This document shows positions 27,625-37,966 of a DNA stretch of 64,000 nucleotides, piece by piece (positions within the stretch are counted from its first letter, which is position 1; each line of letters opens with the position of its first letter). The notes under the pieces were generated by a model, which was not told where the DNA came from, did no database searches, and saw only the letters and a list, made by a program, of their open reading frames with translations. Source of the stretch: a virus. The translations under genes were made by a program, and so were the position numbers. Location of the stretch: positions 2,385 to 66,384 of the IMG/VR virus record IMGVR_UViG_3300025120_010645; one strand, given 5' to 3'.

Positions 27625-28986
27625 ATGAAAGTATTAATTTTAGGTGACGGACTACTAGGCTCGGAAATACAAAAACAAACTGGATGGGATTATGTATCTA
27701 GAAAATCAAATAACTTAGACATCAACAACCTACTGGATTTACCCATAGGTTACGATGTCATAGTTAATTGTATAGCAAACACTAATACCTACTCAACAGA
27801 TAAAAAATCTCATTGGGATGTTAATTATAAATTTGTTAGTAAACTAATCGATTATTGTAATAAATCACAAATTAAAGTAGTACACATATCAACGGATTAT
27901 GTTTACGCTGGCTCTGTTAGTAATGCTTCAGAAGAAGACGTTCCAGTACACTGTAACAACTGGTACGGTTACACAAAACTACTAGGTGATGGGTTAGTTC
28001 AGTTACAATCAAACAACTACTTACTTTGTCGTTGCACTCATAAACCAAACCCTTTTCCTTACGATACAGCATGGATTGACCAAATCGGTAACTTTGATTA
28101 TGTTGATAAAATTAGTTCATTAATTATTGAATTAATTGAAAGTAAAAGTTTTGGGTTATATAATGTTGGTACTGAAACTAAAAGTATGTATGAGTTAGCT
28201 AATAAGACTAACAGTGTATCAAAAACATTCACACCAGAACACGTACCAAAGAATCAATCTATGGATATTTCTAAATTAGATAAAGTTATAAAACCTTTTT
28301 TTTCGATAGCAATACCTACGTATGGTTATAATGGTAAAGGTGCTGAATTTTTAGAATTCAGTTTAGATATTTTAACGAAACAAACATTTCAAGATTTTGA
28401 AGTAATTATTTCAGACCACAGTACTGATGATACAATTTTAGATATATTTACTAAATTTAAAGAACGTTTTAATTGTATCAAATATTTTAGAAATGATGTT
28501 GGTCGAGGAATCATATCCCCAAACATAAATAACGCAATGATAGAGTGTTCTGGTAAATATATAAAAGTTTTATTTCAAGACGATTTTTTATATGATAAAC
28601 ACTCACTACAAAATCAACATAATTTTATTATAAGTATACCGAATTTTAAATGGTTGATGACTAATTTCTACCATAGTAACACTGGTACTGATTTTTATAG
28701 GCCATACAACCCTGTTTGGAATTCAAAAATATGGACAGGTAATAACACTATGGGTTGCCCTAGTGGTATGACATTGAAAAATGAGGATTTACTTTTCTTT
28801 GATGAAGGTTTAAATTGGTTGATGGATGTTGATTATTATCAAAAGATGTTCATAAAACACGGTGAACCAAGTATCTTAGAAGAGATGACTGCGGTTAACC
28901 GAACTTGGGGTGCTAGGTTGACAGACACAATAGGACAAGACCTAAAAGATAAAGAATTTAAAATGTTATCAGAAAGATATGCTTAA
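27625..28986 (+). CDS. Fusion: RmlD-like NDP-sugar reductase + GT2 glycosyltransferase
   Basis: N-terminus GDGLLG, HISTDYVY, YGYTK; C-terminus SIAIPTY, ISDHSTD, LFQDD. Confidence 0.85.
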   Translation: MKVLILGDGLLGSEIQKQTGWDYVSRKSNNLDINNLLDLPIGYDVIVNCIANTNTYSTDKKSHWDVNYKFVSKLIDYCNKSQIKVVHISTDYVYAGSVSNASEEDVPVHCNNWYGYTKLLGDGLVQLQSNNYLLCRCTHKPNPFPYDTAWIDQIGNFDYVDKISSLIIELIESKSFGLYNVGTETKSMYELANKTNSVSKTFTPEHVPKNQSMDISKLDKVIKPFFSIAIPTYGYNGKGAEFLEFSLDILTKQTFQDFEVIISDHSTDDTILDIFTKFKERFNCIKYFRNDVGRGIISPNINNAMIECSGKYIKVLFQDDFLYDKHSLQNQHNFIISIPNFKWLMTNFYHSNTGTDFYRPYNPVWNSKIWTGNNTMGCPSGMTLKNEDLLFFDEGLNWLMDVDYYQKMFIKHGEPSILEEMTAVNRTWGARLTDTIGQDLKDKEFKMLSERYA

Positions 28987-29650
28987 GCTAGAGAATGTTA
29001 CATTAATCCTTATGACATCGATTAAATTAGAGAAAAGTGTTAAAGCTTTGATGCATAGTTCTAAGGATATCGAATGGGGTGCTATTAAACTAGTATCACA
29101 TGAAAAACCAGAAAACTTACCAAAGGAAATAACTCATGAATTCTGCCCAAAAATGTCTAATATTGATGACTGGAATTATGCAGCAATATATGAATTACCA
29201 AAACATGTTGACACAGAATTTGCTATGTTAATACATGATGATGGTTTTGTAGTTAACCCTGAGTCTTGGAGACCAGAGTTTTTGGAATATGATTATATTG
29301 GAGCCCCTTGGCCTTTACCAGCCCCTAACGACAAGGTATCATACAGAGCCATTGACGGTGAATTGATTCGAGTTGGCAATAGTGTTAGTTTGAGAAGTAA
29401 AAAGTTATTAGACCTACCAATAGAACTTGATTTAGAGTGGAAACCTTTTCACGGATTCTATAATGAAGATGGTTTTATTGCAGTAAATTACCGACATATA
29501 TACAAAGAACATGGGTGTAAATTCGCTTACATAGATGTTGCAAAACACTTTTCACATGAAGTAATGATACCAGAAACATCAGGAATAAGACCATTTGCTT
29601 TTCATAAGCACGCTGGAACAAATAATGAATACCCAAATTATGGAAAATAG
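28979..29650 (+). CDS. DUF5672-like (GT-A-related) protein
   Basis: IHDDGFV..P..W..EFLEYDYIGAPW...VGN..SLRS...NED. Confidence 0.75.
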   Translation: MLKLENVTLILMTSIKLEKSVKALMHSSKDIEWGAIKLVSHEKPENLPKEITHEFCPKMSNIDDWNYAAIYELPKHVDTEFAMLIHDDGFVVNPESWRPEFLEYDYIGAPWPLPAPNDKVSYRAIDGELIRVGNSVSLRSKKLLDLPIELDLEWKPFHGFYNEDGFIAVNYRHIYKEHGCKFAYIDVAKHFSHEVMIPETSGIRPFAFHKHAGTNNEYPNYGK

Positions 29651-30377
29651 AACTATACATCACACAATATTAAGGCCCCAGTACCAATCTGACATGGTTC
29701 ACCCACGGACTAAAGCTAATTTAGATAAATGGATTAGTTTAAATTCGGAATTAAATCTAAACCAAAAGATATGGACTCACGATGAGTGTATAAGCTTTTT
29801 AGAGACATTTAGTAACAAATATAATAAGAATATGTTACATTGGTTCAATCACGAACCTGATGGGCGTTACAAATCAGATATTGTAAGATTATGTTTACTG
29901 TATGAATTCGGTGGTATCTATGTGGATGTTGACCAAGAACCAACTGTAGCTTTAGGTGAATATTTAGATTTGGAAAAATATGATTTTTGTGGGTGCTCTA
30001 ACATGGGGTTACACAATATTTCAAATGGTTTCATATATGCTAAGAAAGGTTCTGAAATCATCAAAGAAAATATTGATGAAATCATAAAACTGTACGAAAG
30101 GAATGGACCTAAAGGTGGTTGTCATATAATGGGAATTGTAATTACTAAACTTACAGGTAGAGAACCACTCAAAATGCCACTAGGGGAAGTTCAGATTGGT
30201 AATGAGAAATGTTTATTTTTACATGAGATTGGTAACGAGAGCTTAATGGACGGTACGCAAGACTTTTACAATAGTTTTGGTGTTTATGCAATCAATGATA
30301 CACTTAGAGTTATGAATTCTAGATACAACACCTACCATCAAGACAAACACAGGCAAAATGAATTTATAAAAATTTAA
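29640..30377 (+). CDS. GT32 (Och1/capsular-synthesis type) glycosyltransferase
   Basis: KSDIVRLCLLYEFGGIYVDVD; start set to ATG 29640. Confidence 0.85.
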   Translation: MENRTIHHTILRPQYQSDMVHPRTKANLDKWISLNSELNLNQKIWTHDECISFLETFSNKYNKNMLHWFNHEPDGRYKSDIVRLCLLYEFGGIYVDVDQEPTVALGEYLDLEKYDFCGCSNMGLHNISNGFIYAKKGSEIIKENIDEIIKLYERNGPKGGCHIMGIVITKLTGREPLKMPLGEVQIGNEKCLFLHEIGNESLMDGTQDFYNSFGVYAINDTLRVMNSRYNTYHQDKHRQNEFIKI

Positions 30378-30380
30378 AAT

Positions 30381-31130
30381 ATGAAAAAAATACCAGTGTT
30401 AGGAACACAAACATTAAACTCGACAACTAACCTAAAAAGGTTGATAAATTCAATTGATTATCCAGTTGAAGTATTATCTATAATCGTTAATAATGAAAAT
30501 TTTGATGTGTTATTAGATATTAAAAAAATATGCGACAAAATAGATAGCAACTTTATTGATAAAATCGATATTAGTTTTCACCCAACAAATCTAGGATGTC
30601 CACCAAGCTGGAATTATCACTTTAAACAATATCCATACGCCAACTTCTTTATAAAAGCCGACGACGATATCGAATTCTCTAACGGCAACTTAAAGGCTAT
30701 GGTTGAGTTAATTGAAAGTGGTCAAAACATGGTGTTTAATCAAAGAAATACGAAATACGCTTGTTTTGGGATTACAAAACACACTTTAAAAACTGTTGGT
30801 TTGTTTGACGAAAACTTTTGGCCTTGCAATTACGAAGATGATGACTATGAGATAAGACTAAATTTATGCGAAATCAATCAGTCATACACCAACATACCTA
30901 TTACCCATAGGTCATCAGGAACTTCTGGAAACTTATCAAAAGATAAAGATAATCGTGATTACAAACTTGGTGAATTTATCAAAAAGACTGAAGAATATTT
31001 TTACAGTAAATGGGGTGTTAATAGAGAGTATAAATTTCCGTTTAACAACCCATCAAATAAGATAACGAATATTGATTATAAATTCGAATATAGAGAAGAT
31101 AAGATTTTAAGGTGTAATTTTACTATTTAA
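30381..31130 (+). CDS. GT2-like glycosyltransferase
   Basis: NLG...SWN, ADDD, VGLFDENFWPCNYEDDDY. Confidence 0.8.
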   Translation: MKKIPVLGTQTLNSTTNLKRLINSIDYPVEVLSIIVNNENFDVLLDIKKICDKIDSNFIDKIDISFHPTNLGCPPSWNYHFKQYPYANFFIKADDDIEFSNGNLKAMVELIESGQNMVFNQRNTKYACFGITKHTLKTVGLFDENFWPCNYEDDDYEIRLNLCEINQSYTNIPITHRSSGTSGNLSKDKDNRDYKLGEFIKKTEEYFYSKWGVNREYKFPFNNPSNKITNIDYKFEYREDKILRCNFTI

Positions 31131-31132
31131 TT

Positions 31133-32041
31133 ATGGAAAAGATAATAATTTGGGGACATAAAAATAACGGACACACTCACGGATACATTCATAGTTCGTA
31201 TTATAAAGCATTTAAACACTTAGGTTACGACACCTACTGGTTTGATGATAATGAAGATGTATCTAATTTTAATTTTGATAATTGTATTTTCTTAACGGAA
31301 GACCAAGTTCAAAAAAATATTCCTTTAAATAAAACCTGTAAATACATTCTACATCACACTAATTTAGACAAATATGATGCTAATGGTTTAACTTACATAA
31401 ACTTAGCCAATTACTTAAAACTATGTAGTGAAGGGGTTTCAGCGTATCACAAAGAAAATAAAGTGGTAAAGATAGGTGAGTGTTGTTATTGGGACGAAAC
31501 AACTAAGACAATATATCAGCCTTGGGCAACAGACTTAATGCCAGATGAAATAAATCCAGAGAACGCAATAAAAGGTAATATAAACGAAAGAAATATCTAT
31601 TACATCGGAACCTCACATGACAATGTTAATCAAATAAAAGAATTTAACTCAGCTGCAATTACCAACGGTAAGCAAGTTATTATAGGAAAAACAAATACTG
31701 ACAATGAAAACATGGACTTAATCAGACAGTCATACTTATCAGTTGATATCAGAGGTGATTGGCACGTTGAATGTGGTTATTTACCATGTCGTGTTTTTAA
31801 AAATATAAGCTATGGTAGGATAACAGGTACAAACTCCAAACACGTTAAAGACATCTTTGGGGAACATGTAGTATATGATAAGAATCCTCGTATATTGTTT
31901 GATAAGTTGGTTGAAGCTGAAAAAACTAAAAGTGTTGATGAAATTAAGAAATCTATGTTATTTGTTAAAGAAAAGCATACCTTTGCGAATAGAATAAATA
32001 ATCTAATGAAATGTCTTGAATTAATTATCCCAAGTAATTAA
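31133..32041 (+). CDS. GT-B-like glycosyltransferase (CgeB-type C-terminus)
   Basis: YYIG, CRVFKNISYG, VKEKHTFANRINNL. Confidence 0.6.
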   Translation: MEKIIIWGHKNNGHTHGYIHSSYYKAFKHLGYDTYWFDDNEDVSNFNFDNCIFLTEDQVQKNIPLNKTCKYILHHTNLDKYDANGLTYINLANYLKLCSEGVSAYHKENKVVKIGECCYWDETTKTIYQPWATDLMPDEINPENAIKGNINERNIYYIGTSHDNVNQIKEFNSAAITNGKQVIIGKTNTDNENMDLIRQSYLSVDIRGDWHVECGYLPCRVFKNISYGRITGTNSKHVKDIFGEHVVYDKNPRILFDKLVEAEKTKSVDEIKKSMLFVKEKHTFANRINNLMKCLELIIPSN

Positions 32042-32064
32042 GAAACACAATATATACCCAAACT

Positions 32065-32775
32065 ATGGAAAATAAGATAATTAAATCTGGTGCTTTTTTA
32101 GTCATAACTGACTATAACTTTTTACCATTAAACTTAGAAACATCTTGGGTTAATGAATATAGTGATAATTATTTAATCTATGACAGAGCGCATAGATTTG
32201 AAGAAAACGATAAAATTAAGCATCAAGTTAATGTGGGCGCTAATATATATGATATATTTGATTTTATAGTTGAAAATTACAACAACTTACCTGAAACAAC
32301 AATTTTTTGTAAAGGTAATGTAATACCCAGACATTGTGGATTTGATAAATTTAAAAAAATAATTAATAATACTGAATTTACTACAATAGAAAATTATATT
32401 AGAGAAGCCCCTAAGTACAGTCCTAATTGTTATGCTTTTGTTGATGAAACCGATGCGTATCACGAGAAACCAATAGAGGTTAACGCTACTGTTGCTAGAA
32501 TACACCATGGTAGAGATGTATTTTCATTACAACAAATGTTAGATATAATATATGAAAACGGGGTTATTGGTGAATATATTAGATTTGCACCAGGTGGTAA
32601 CCACATAATACCTAAAAAAGATATTCTAAAATATAACAAACACTTTTACGAAACCATGAGAGAGTATGTGTCATGGCACGTACAACCTGGAGAAGCCTAT
32701 TTACTAGAGAGATTAATGTTTACTTTATTCAGAAATTCCTTTATAATTAATAAAAAATATAAAAATAAAGCCTAA
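32065..32775 (+). CDS. DUF3431-like protein (GT-associated)
   Basis: NVG...FIVENYNNLPETTIFCKG, FAPGG, YLLER. Confidence 0.65.
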   Translation: MENKIIKSGAFLVITDYNFLPLNLETSWVNEYSDNYLIYDRAHRFEENDKIKHQVNVGANIYDIFDFIVENYNNLPETTIFCKGNVIPRHCGFDKFKKIINNTEFTTIENYIREAPKYSPNCYAFVDETDAYHEKPIEVNATVARIHHGRDVFSLQQMLDIIYENGVIGEYIRFAPGGNHIIPKKDILKYNKHFYETMREYVSWHVQPGEAYLLERLMFTLFRNSFIINKKYKNKA

Positions 32776-32828
32776 TCTTTACTTTATTCAGAAATACCCT
32801 TATAATTAGCTATAAATATAAAATTAAA
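32719..32828 (+). repeat. Tandem 51-bp duplication (period 59) of a sigma70-like promoter
   Basis: 32719..32769 vs 32778..32828, 44/51 identical; each copy contains TTTACT-N17-TATAAT. Confidence 0.85.
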
Positions 32829-32832
32829 TAAT

Positions 32833-33591
32833 ATGAAACCCGAATTTGTAAAACGAATGATAGTTGACTCTGTGAATTTAACAGAAGTTAGAAAAAAATT
32901 CTTCGATGGTGTAGAAATTTCAGAAAAAGAAATATCAGAAACTATCGCTGAAACACCACATCACCCAGAAATAAATTGGGGTCAGGATAGGTTAACGTTA
33001 TTACCGTGGACAGCACTAGAACACCTACACTTTGCTATAAAAGACACAATTGAAAGAGGAGTTGAAGGTGACTTCATTGAAACTGGTGCTTGGAAAGGAG
33101 GGGCTTGTATACTTGCTAAATCAATATATAACGAATTATCGCCAGATAGAAAAGTTTATGTCGCTGATTCATTTGAAGGTCTACCAAAACCTGATGTTGA
33201 AACATATCCACATGATGTTGGTGACACGCATTACCTAGACCCTATGTTGTCTGTTTCAGTTGAACAAGTGACAGATAATTTTAATAAATTTAATTTAGTT
33301 GATGATAAAGTTGTATTCGTTAAGGGGTGGTTTAAAGACACCATGCCTACGTTAAACGTTGAAAAACTATCAATACTAAGGTTAGATGGTGACATGTATG
33401 AATCAACAATTCAAGTATTAGATTCTATGTATAACAAATTATCACCAGGTGGTTATTGTATAATTGATGATTTTCATCATAAAGGATGTGCGTTGGCTGT
33501 ACATGACTTTAGAGCAAAACACAATATAACCTCTAACATTTTAAAAGTTGACCAAGACCCACTTAACGAAGTTCATTTTTGGATTAAATAA
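32833..33591 (+). CDS. TylF/MycF/NovP-family sugar O-methyltransferase
   Basis: GDFIETGAWKGG, DSFEGLP, KGWFKDT, LRLDGDMYEST, IIDDF. Confidence 0.93.
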   Translation: MKPEFVKRMIVDSVNLTEVRKKFFDGVEISEKEISETIAETPHHPEINWGQDRLTLLPWTALEHLHFAIKDTIERGVEGDFIETGAWKGGACILAKSIYNELSPDRKVYVADSFEGLPKPDVETYPHDVGDTHYLDPMLSVSVEQVTDNFNKFNLVDDKVVFVKGWFKDTMPTLNVEKLSILRLDGDMYESTIQVLDSMYNKLSPGGYCIIDDFHHKGCALAVHDFRAKHNITSNILKVDQDPLNEVHFWIK

Positions 33592-33601
33592 TATAAATAA
33601 T

Positions 33602-34375
33602 ATGAAAAAGAAAGTAGCACTTATCTGCATAGCAAAGAATGAAGGTTTATATCTTCAAGAGTGGATTGACTACCACCTTAAATTAGGTTTTGATGATATA
33701 CATATATTTCAGAACGATTGGAGGTGGGGTAACTATACTGAACACGAACAAGTATACAGGCATGAGTATGATGGTAAAACATACGAGAGCAATGAACCAC
33801 TCCACGTAAGGAATGTGCAAGCTAGATGTTATAATGACTTTTGTAGAAACTACCACGAACAATACGAATGGGTTGCCACTTTTGACGTTGATGAGTTCCT
33901 TGTACTTAAACAAACCAATGATGTTAAGGAGTTTATTACTAGATATGACGCACACAATAATGTGGTTATAGACTGGGTAACATTCGGTGATAGTAATATT
34001 AATACTTTTGACGAAAACAACACTAGCGTTGTAAATAGATTTACAATGAGACGAGCTAAACCAGATAACCAATTTAAGAGTTTCTGTAAGTTAGGTCCCA
34101 ATGTAAATCATGAAATACATATGACACAAGGCCCCTGGGTTACCACTGAATTCATAGAAAGTATGGGGCCATATAATTACAACCCATCCACTGCCGTTGC
34201 GCAATTGAACCACTACTTCACTAAGACTTATCCTGAATTCCTACAAAAGGTGGAAAGAGGTAACGCTTGTGGTCGTGGCGAGGACGGTAAAAGAGCAGTT
34301 AGCGACTTTACAGAAAACAATTATAACCAAGTGGAAGATACTCACGCTAAAGACTTCTTTAACAAAAAAGATTAA
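33602..34375 (+). CDS. GT2/GT92-like glycosyltransferase
   Basis: AKNEGLYLQEWIDYHLKLGFD, FDVDEFL, LNHYFTK; start set to ATG 33602. Confidence 0.85.
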   Translation: MKKKVALICIAKNEGLYLQEWIDYHLKLGFDDIHIFQNDWRWGNYTEHEQVYRHEYDGKTYESNEPLHVRNVQARCYNDFCRNYHEQYEWVATFDVDEFLVLKQTNDVKEFITRYDAHNNVVIDWVTFGDSNINTFDENNTSVVNRFTMRRAKPDNQFKSFCKLGPNVNHEIHMTQGPWVTTEFIESMGPYNYNPSTAVAQLNHYFTKTYPEFLQKVERGNACGRGEDGKRAVSDFTENNYNQVEDTHAKDFFNKKD

Positions 34376-34376
34376 C

Positions 34377-35147
34377 ATGGAACGAAAAAAGAAAATATTA
34401 TACATACACTTTGGTGGACTTGGAGACCATTTATCTTTCTCCACACTACCAGAGACATGTCATAATAATGGTTTTGACTTCTACCTAAGTAATAAATCAG
34501 TACTTAGAAGCCCGCAAACATTCGAATTAATTTGGAAATGTAACCCATTCTTCAAAGGAATGACTGATGAAGAACCTAACTGTGGGCATAATAACTACAC
34601 TAACTTAGAGGGTTATAATGATGAATTATCACTCAATAAGAATATGGAAGAGAAAATAGGGTTCTCACAATCAGATTTACCTCATAATAGTAAATACCCA
34701 ATCATATATAGGCAGCCTAACACAATAGAGAATTTTAAAGACTGTCTACTAATTGATTTAAATGGTACACATTTTGCCAATCACGGGTACACTTACAACT
34801 GGACTACAATTAAAGAGTTAATCGAAGCCGATATATCTGAGAATAAATATAAGAATATTTACTTCATTAAACCAAGTGCTGTTAACTATTCTAACGCTAG
34901 TTTTGACTTTACTATAGGTGAATCAATTGACGTAAAAGATATTTTCGAGTACTCCGATATGATATACTCAGCTAAGAGAATGTATACAATATGGTCTGGT
35001 GGTTCACACTTAGGTTCAGCCATTAAATGGAAGTATAAACCAGAATTAGAAATAAAGACATTTTCAAATAACACATCTAAGAGTTGTTTCTGGTATGATA
35101 ACGTTGATTACTTAAGAGGTTATATGATTAACGCCCCATTTAAATAA
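34377..35147 (+). CDS. Putative GT-B glycosyltransferase (GT9-like N-terminus)
   Basis: GGLGDHL...LP, NPF, WSGGSHL; start set to ATG 34377. Confidence 0.5.
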   Translation: MERKKKILYIHFGGLGDHLSFSTLPETCHNNGFDFYLSNKSVLRSPQTFELIWKCNPFFKGMTDEEPNCGHNNYTNLEGYNDELSLNKNMEEKIGFSQSDLPHNSKYPIIYRQPNTIENFKDCLLIDLNGTHFANHGYTYNWTTIKELIEADISENKYKNIYFIKPSAVNYSNASFDFTIGESIDVKDIFEYSDMIYSAKRMYTIWSGGSHLGSAIKWKYKPELEIKTFSNNTSKSCFWYDNVDYLRGYMINAPFK

Positions 35148-35165
35148 ATAAATAAATAAATAAAC

Positions 35166-36164
35166 ATGAAAAAGAAGTTTTTAATTACAGGTATTACAGG
35201 GTTCGCAGGACCTAATTTAGCTAAATTACTATTAGCCGAAGGTCACGAAGTTCACGGCGTAATCAGATGTCCTAACGGGAGACAAGCTGACTTATTAGAT
35301 ATATTAACACTAGAAGAATATAAAGCAATTGATTTTAAAGTTTGTGACCTTAAACACTTTATCGGTGTCCAAAAGTTGCTAGTTGAAGGTAAGTACGACG
35401 GCGTGTTTCATTTAGCAGCACAATCACACCCACCAACTAGTTTTAACGACCCAATATTAACATGGGAAGAAAACGTTACCGCAACTATGAATATTATCAC
35501 TTGCCTTGAAAAGTCTGATACGAAATTAATGTTCTGTTCCACCTCAGAGGTTTACGGTGACACATGCAAGGACAATGGAATGTTATCAATTGACACTCCA
35601 CTAGCACCAAGCAACCCTTACGGAGCCTCTAAAGCAGCTATTGATTTATATTTACAAGAGAGAATGAATAACGGATTTATTAAAGGGTTTATAACTAGAG
35701 CATTTTCACACACAGGACCAAGAAGAGGATTTAACTTCTCCATCTCGTCAGACGCATATCAAATCGCTAAAATGATGATTGGTAAACAAGAAAAGGTGTT
35801 AGCTATTGGTAATTTACAAACTGAAAGAGTCGTGATTGACGTTAGAGATTGCGTTAATGCATACTACTTGTTAATGATGACCGACGATTCAAATGGAGGT
35901 GTATTTAATGTTTGTGGAGAAGACGTTCACAAGATGCAGTACTTCACAGATAAACTCATAGAAGCGTCTGGAATTCCTTATAATGAGATTGAACAAAAAA
36001 TTAATCCAGCATTTTACAGAGACATAGATATCCAAATCCAAATTGGAGACTCTAAGGAACTGAAAGATATTACTGAATGGGAGCCAACGATAACAATTGA
36101 AAAGACTATGGAAGATTTATTATCCTATTGGGTTAATAAATTAAACGCGAGTTCAAAATTATAA
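35166..36164 (+). CDS. GDP-mannose dehydratase / Rmd-like extended SDR
   Basis: ITGITGFAG, HLAAQSH, STSEVYG, PYGASK, RAFSHTGP, GNL..R...DVRD.V.AY. Closer in pattern to GDP-4-keto-6-deoxymannose reductase (Rmd) than the canonical Gmd at 38880. Confidence 0.8.
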   Translation: MKKKFLITGITGFAGPNLAKLLLAEGHEVHGVIRCPNGRQADLLDILTLEEYKAIDFKVCDLKHFIGVQKLLVEGKYDGVFHLAAQSHPPTSFNDPILTWEENVTATMNIITCLEKSDTKLMFCSTSEVYGDTCKDNGMLSIDTPLAPSNPYGASKAAIDLYLQERMNNGFIKGFITRAFSHTGPRRGFNFSISSDAYQIAKMMIGKQEKVLAIGNLQTERVVIDVRDCVNAYYLLMMTDDSNGGVFNVCGEDVHKMQYFTDKLIEASGIPYNEIEQKINPAFYRDIDIQIQIGDSKELKDITEWEPTITIEKTMEDLLSYWVNKLNASSKL

Positions 36165-36167
36165 TAT

Positions 36168-37055
36168 ATGCCGATAGAACTGTATGGGTCAAGTGATAGA
36201 ATAGGCGGGAACATCATTGATATGATTGCCCAACTTACCTACGCACATAAGACCTCTAACTCTATACACTATAATAGGGAGAGATTAAGAGTTTACAATA
36301 CTTATAATCAAAATTATAATAAAACCATATTTATGGAGATGTTATTTGACCTTATAGATGTACACAACATATTGACTACTGAAGAGACTACGGATTGGAC
36401 GGACTTAGCCGCTCCGTCACACTTTGAAGTGTTAACAAAAACGTTATTAACGTTAGATATGGATATTATTTCGTACTTCAAAGGTAATAATATATACACC
36501 GATAAAATGAGAGCTTTGTTCTTAGAAAAAGGTAAAGCTAGAGGTTACGACATTCCTTTTAACCCTGAAAAAACTATACTTGTTCATCTTAGAATGGAAG
36601 ACGTAAAAGACAGAGGAGATTATGACGGGAGTGTTTGTGCTAACTATATGAGAGATAGAATTGAATCTGGAGACATACCAGGAACTGAAGTCCTAACTCC
36701 TACAGCAACCCCAGACCCATGGTGTCAAATGCAAGGACCGCTAGACGTAGACAAAGTTCAGAGACAAATTGATATTGCTATCAAAAAAAATCCTAACCAT
36801 GAAGTAATATTAATAACTAATCCAAATGAGGATACATCAAGACTACCCTATAGAGTTATTTCTAATCCCGACGAATGTTATGATTTATTCTTATTATGTA
36901 ATGCTAAGACATTAATACTATCAAGAAGCAATTTTGCGTTAGTATCATTATTCTTTGGAATAGGTGAGGAAGTATACACCCCACTTTGGGGACACTTACC
37001 ATGTTATGGACTTTATACTAAGTACGATGAATGTAAATTTAATTATTTTAAATAA
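36168..37055 (+). CDS. Fucosyltransferase-like GT-B protein (GT11-related)
   Basis: DRIGGNI, VHLRMED, DLFLL..A..LILSRSNF. Confidence 0.6.
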   Translation: MPIELYGSSDRIGGNIIDMIAQLTYAHKTSNSIHYNRERLRVYNTYNQNYNKTIFMEMLFDLIDVHNILTTEETTDWTDLAAPSHFEVLTKTLLTLDMDIISYFKGNNIYTDKMRALFLEKGKARGYDIPFNPEKTILVHLRMEDVKDRGDYDGSVCANYMRDRIESGDIPGTEVLTPTATPDPWCQMQGPLDVDKVQRQIDIAIKKNPNHEVILITNPNEDTSRLPYRVISNPDECYDLFLLCNAKTLILSRSNFALVSLFFGIGEEVYTPLWGHLPCYGLYTKYDECKFNYFK

Positions 37056-37966
37056 TGATAACAACAAACTTAACAGGAAACCTAGGAAATCACATGTGGC
37101 AATATGCTGTATGTAGGACTATCGCAGAAAAACTAGGTTACGAATGGGGAATAAACCCATCACCAAGTCATGACTATTTTAACGGTCAAAGTCAAATGAC
37201 ATTTATGAATGTAAATTTCGGAAAGGAAGTAGAGGGTATTAACAACGAATTTCATGAGAAGTGGGTAACCCATCAACATGTTGACGCAGTTAATATTACT
37301 ATGTTAAATAAATCTTTGTACGAGATTGCTGACAACAGTATTATGTTAGGTGACAAGGGAGCTAAGGGTGGTATATATCAATCAGAGGATTACCTTATTG
37401 ACAGAAAGGATGACATTAAGAAATGGTTTGAGATTAAGACTGAGTCAGCTGCTCATTATGATAAATTATTAGTTGACTACGGGGTTGTTCTTGATAAGGA
37501 TACGTGCGTCATCAACTTTAGAGGAGGTGAGTATAGGTCAATACCTAACGTTATATTAAAACCTGAATACTGGAAGAACGCAATAGAACACATGTTGGAA
37601 ATTAACCCTAATATGAAATTTGTTCTTATCACAGACGACCCACACACAGCGAATGCGTACATGCCATTTCCAATACAAACAATACACGTCGATGTAGGTT
37701 TTGATTTTTACGTAGTCAACAAAGCTAAATTTAATATTATATCAAATTCAACATTTGGGTGGTGGGCTGTGTGGTTAAATGAGGTGACAAATAAAATAAT
37801 AGCTCCGAAGTACTGGGCTAGACACAATGTTAGTGATGGCTACTGGGCAACTGGCGACGCATACACTAGAGGGTTTACCTACATGGACAGAGAGGGTAAC
37901 TTATCTGACTTCGACACCTGTAAATCTGAGGCTGAAAAATATTATAAAGAAAGAAATTTAATTTAA
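37055..37966 (+). CDS. Second GT11 alpha-1,2-fucosyltransferase-like protein
   Basis: GNLGNHMWQY, YQSE.Y, NFRGGEY, ITDD, NSTFGWW. Confidence 0.88.
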   Translation: MITTNLTGNLGNHMWQYAVCRTIAEKLGYEWGINPSPSHDYFNGQSQMTFMNVNFGKEVEGINNEFHEKWVTHQHVDAVNITMLNKSLYEIADNSIMLGDKGAKGGIYQSEDYLIDRKDDIKKWFEIKTESAAHYDKLLVDYGVVLDKDTCVINFRGGEYRSIPNVILKPEYWKNAIEHMLEINPNMKFVLITDDPHTANAYMPFPIQTIHVDVGFDFYVVNKAKFNIISNSTFGWWAVWLNEVTNKIIAPKYWARHNVSDGYWATGDAYTRGFTYMDREGNLSDFDTCKSEAEKYYKERNLI

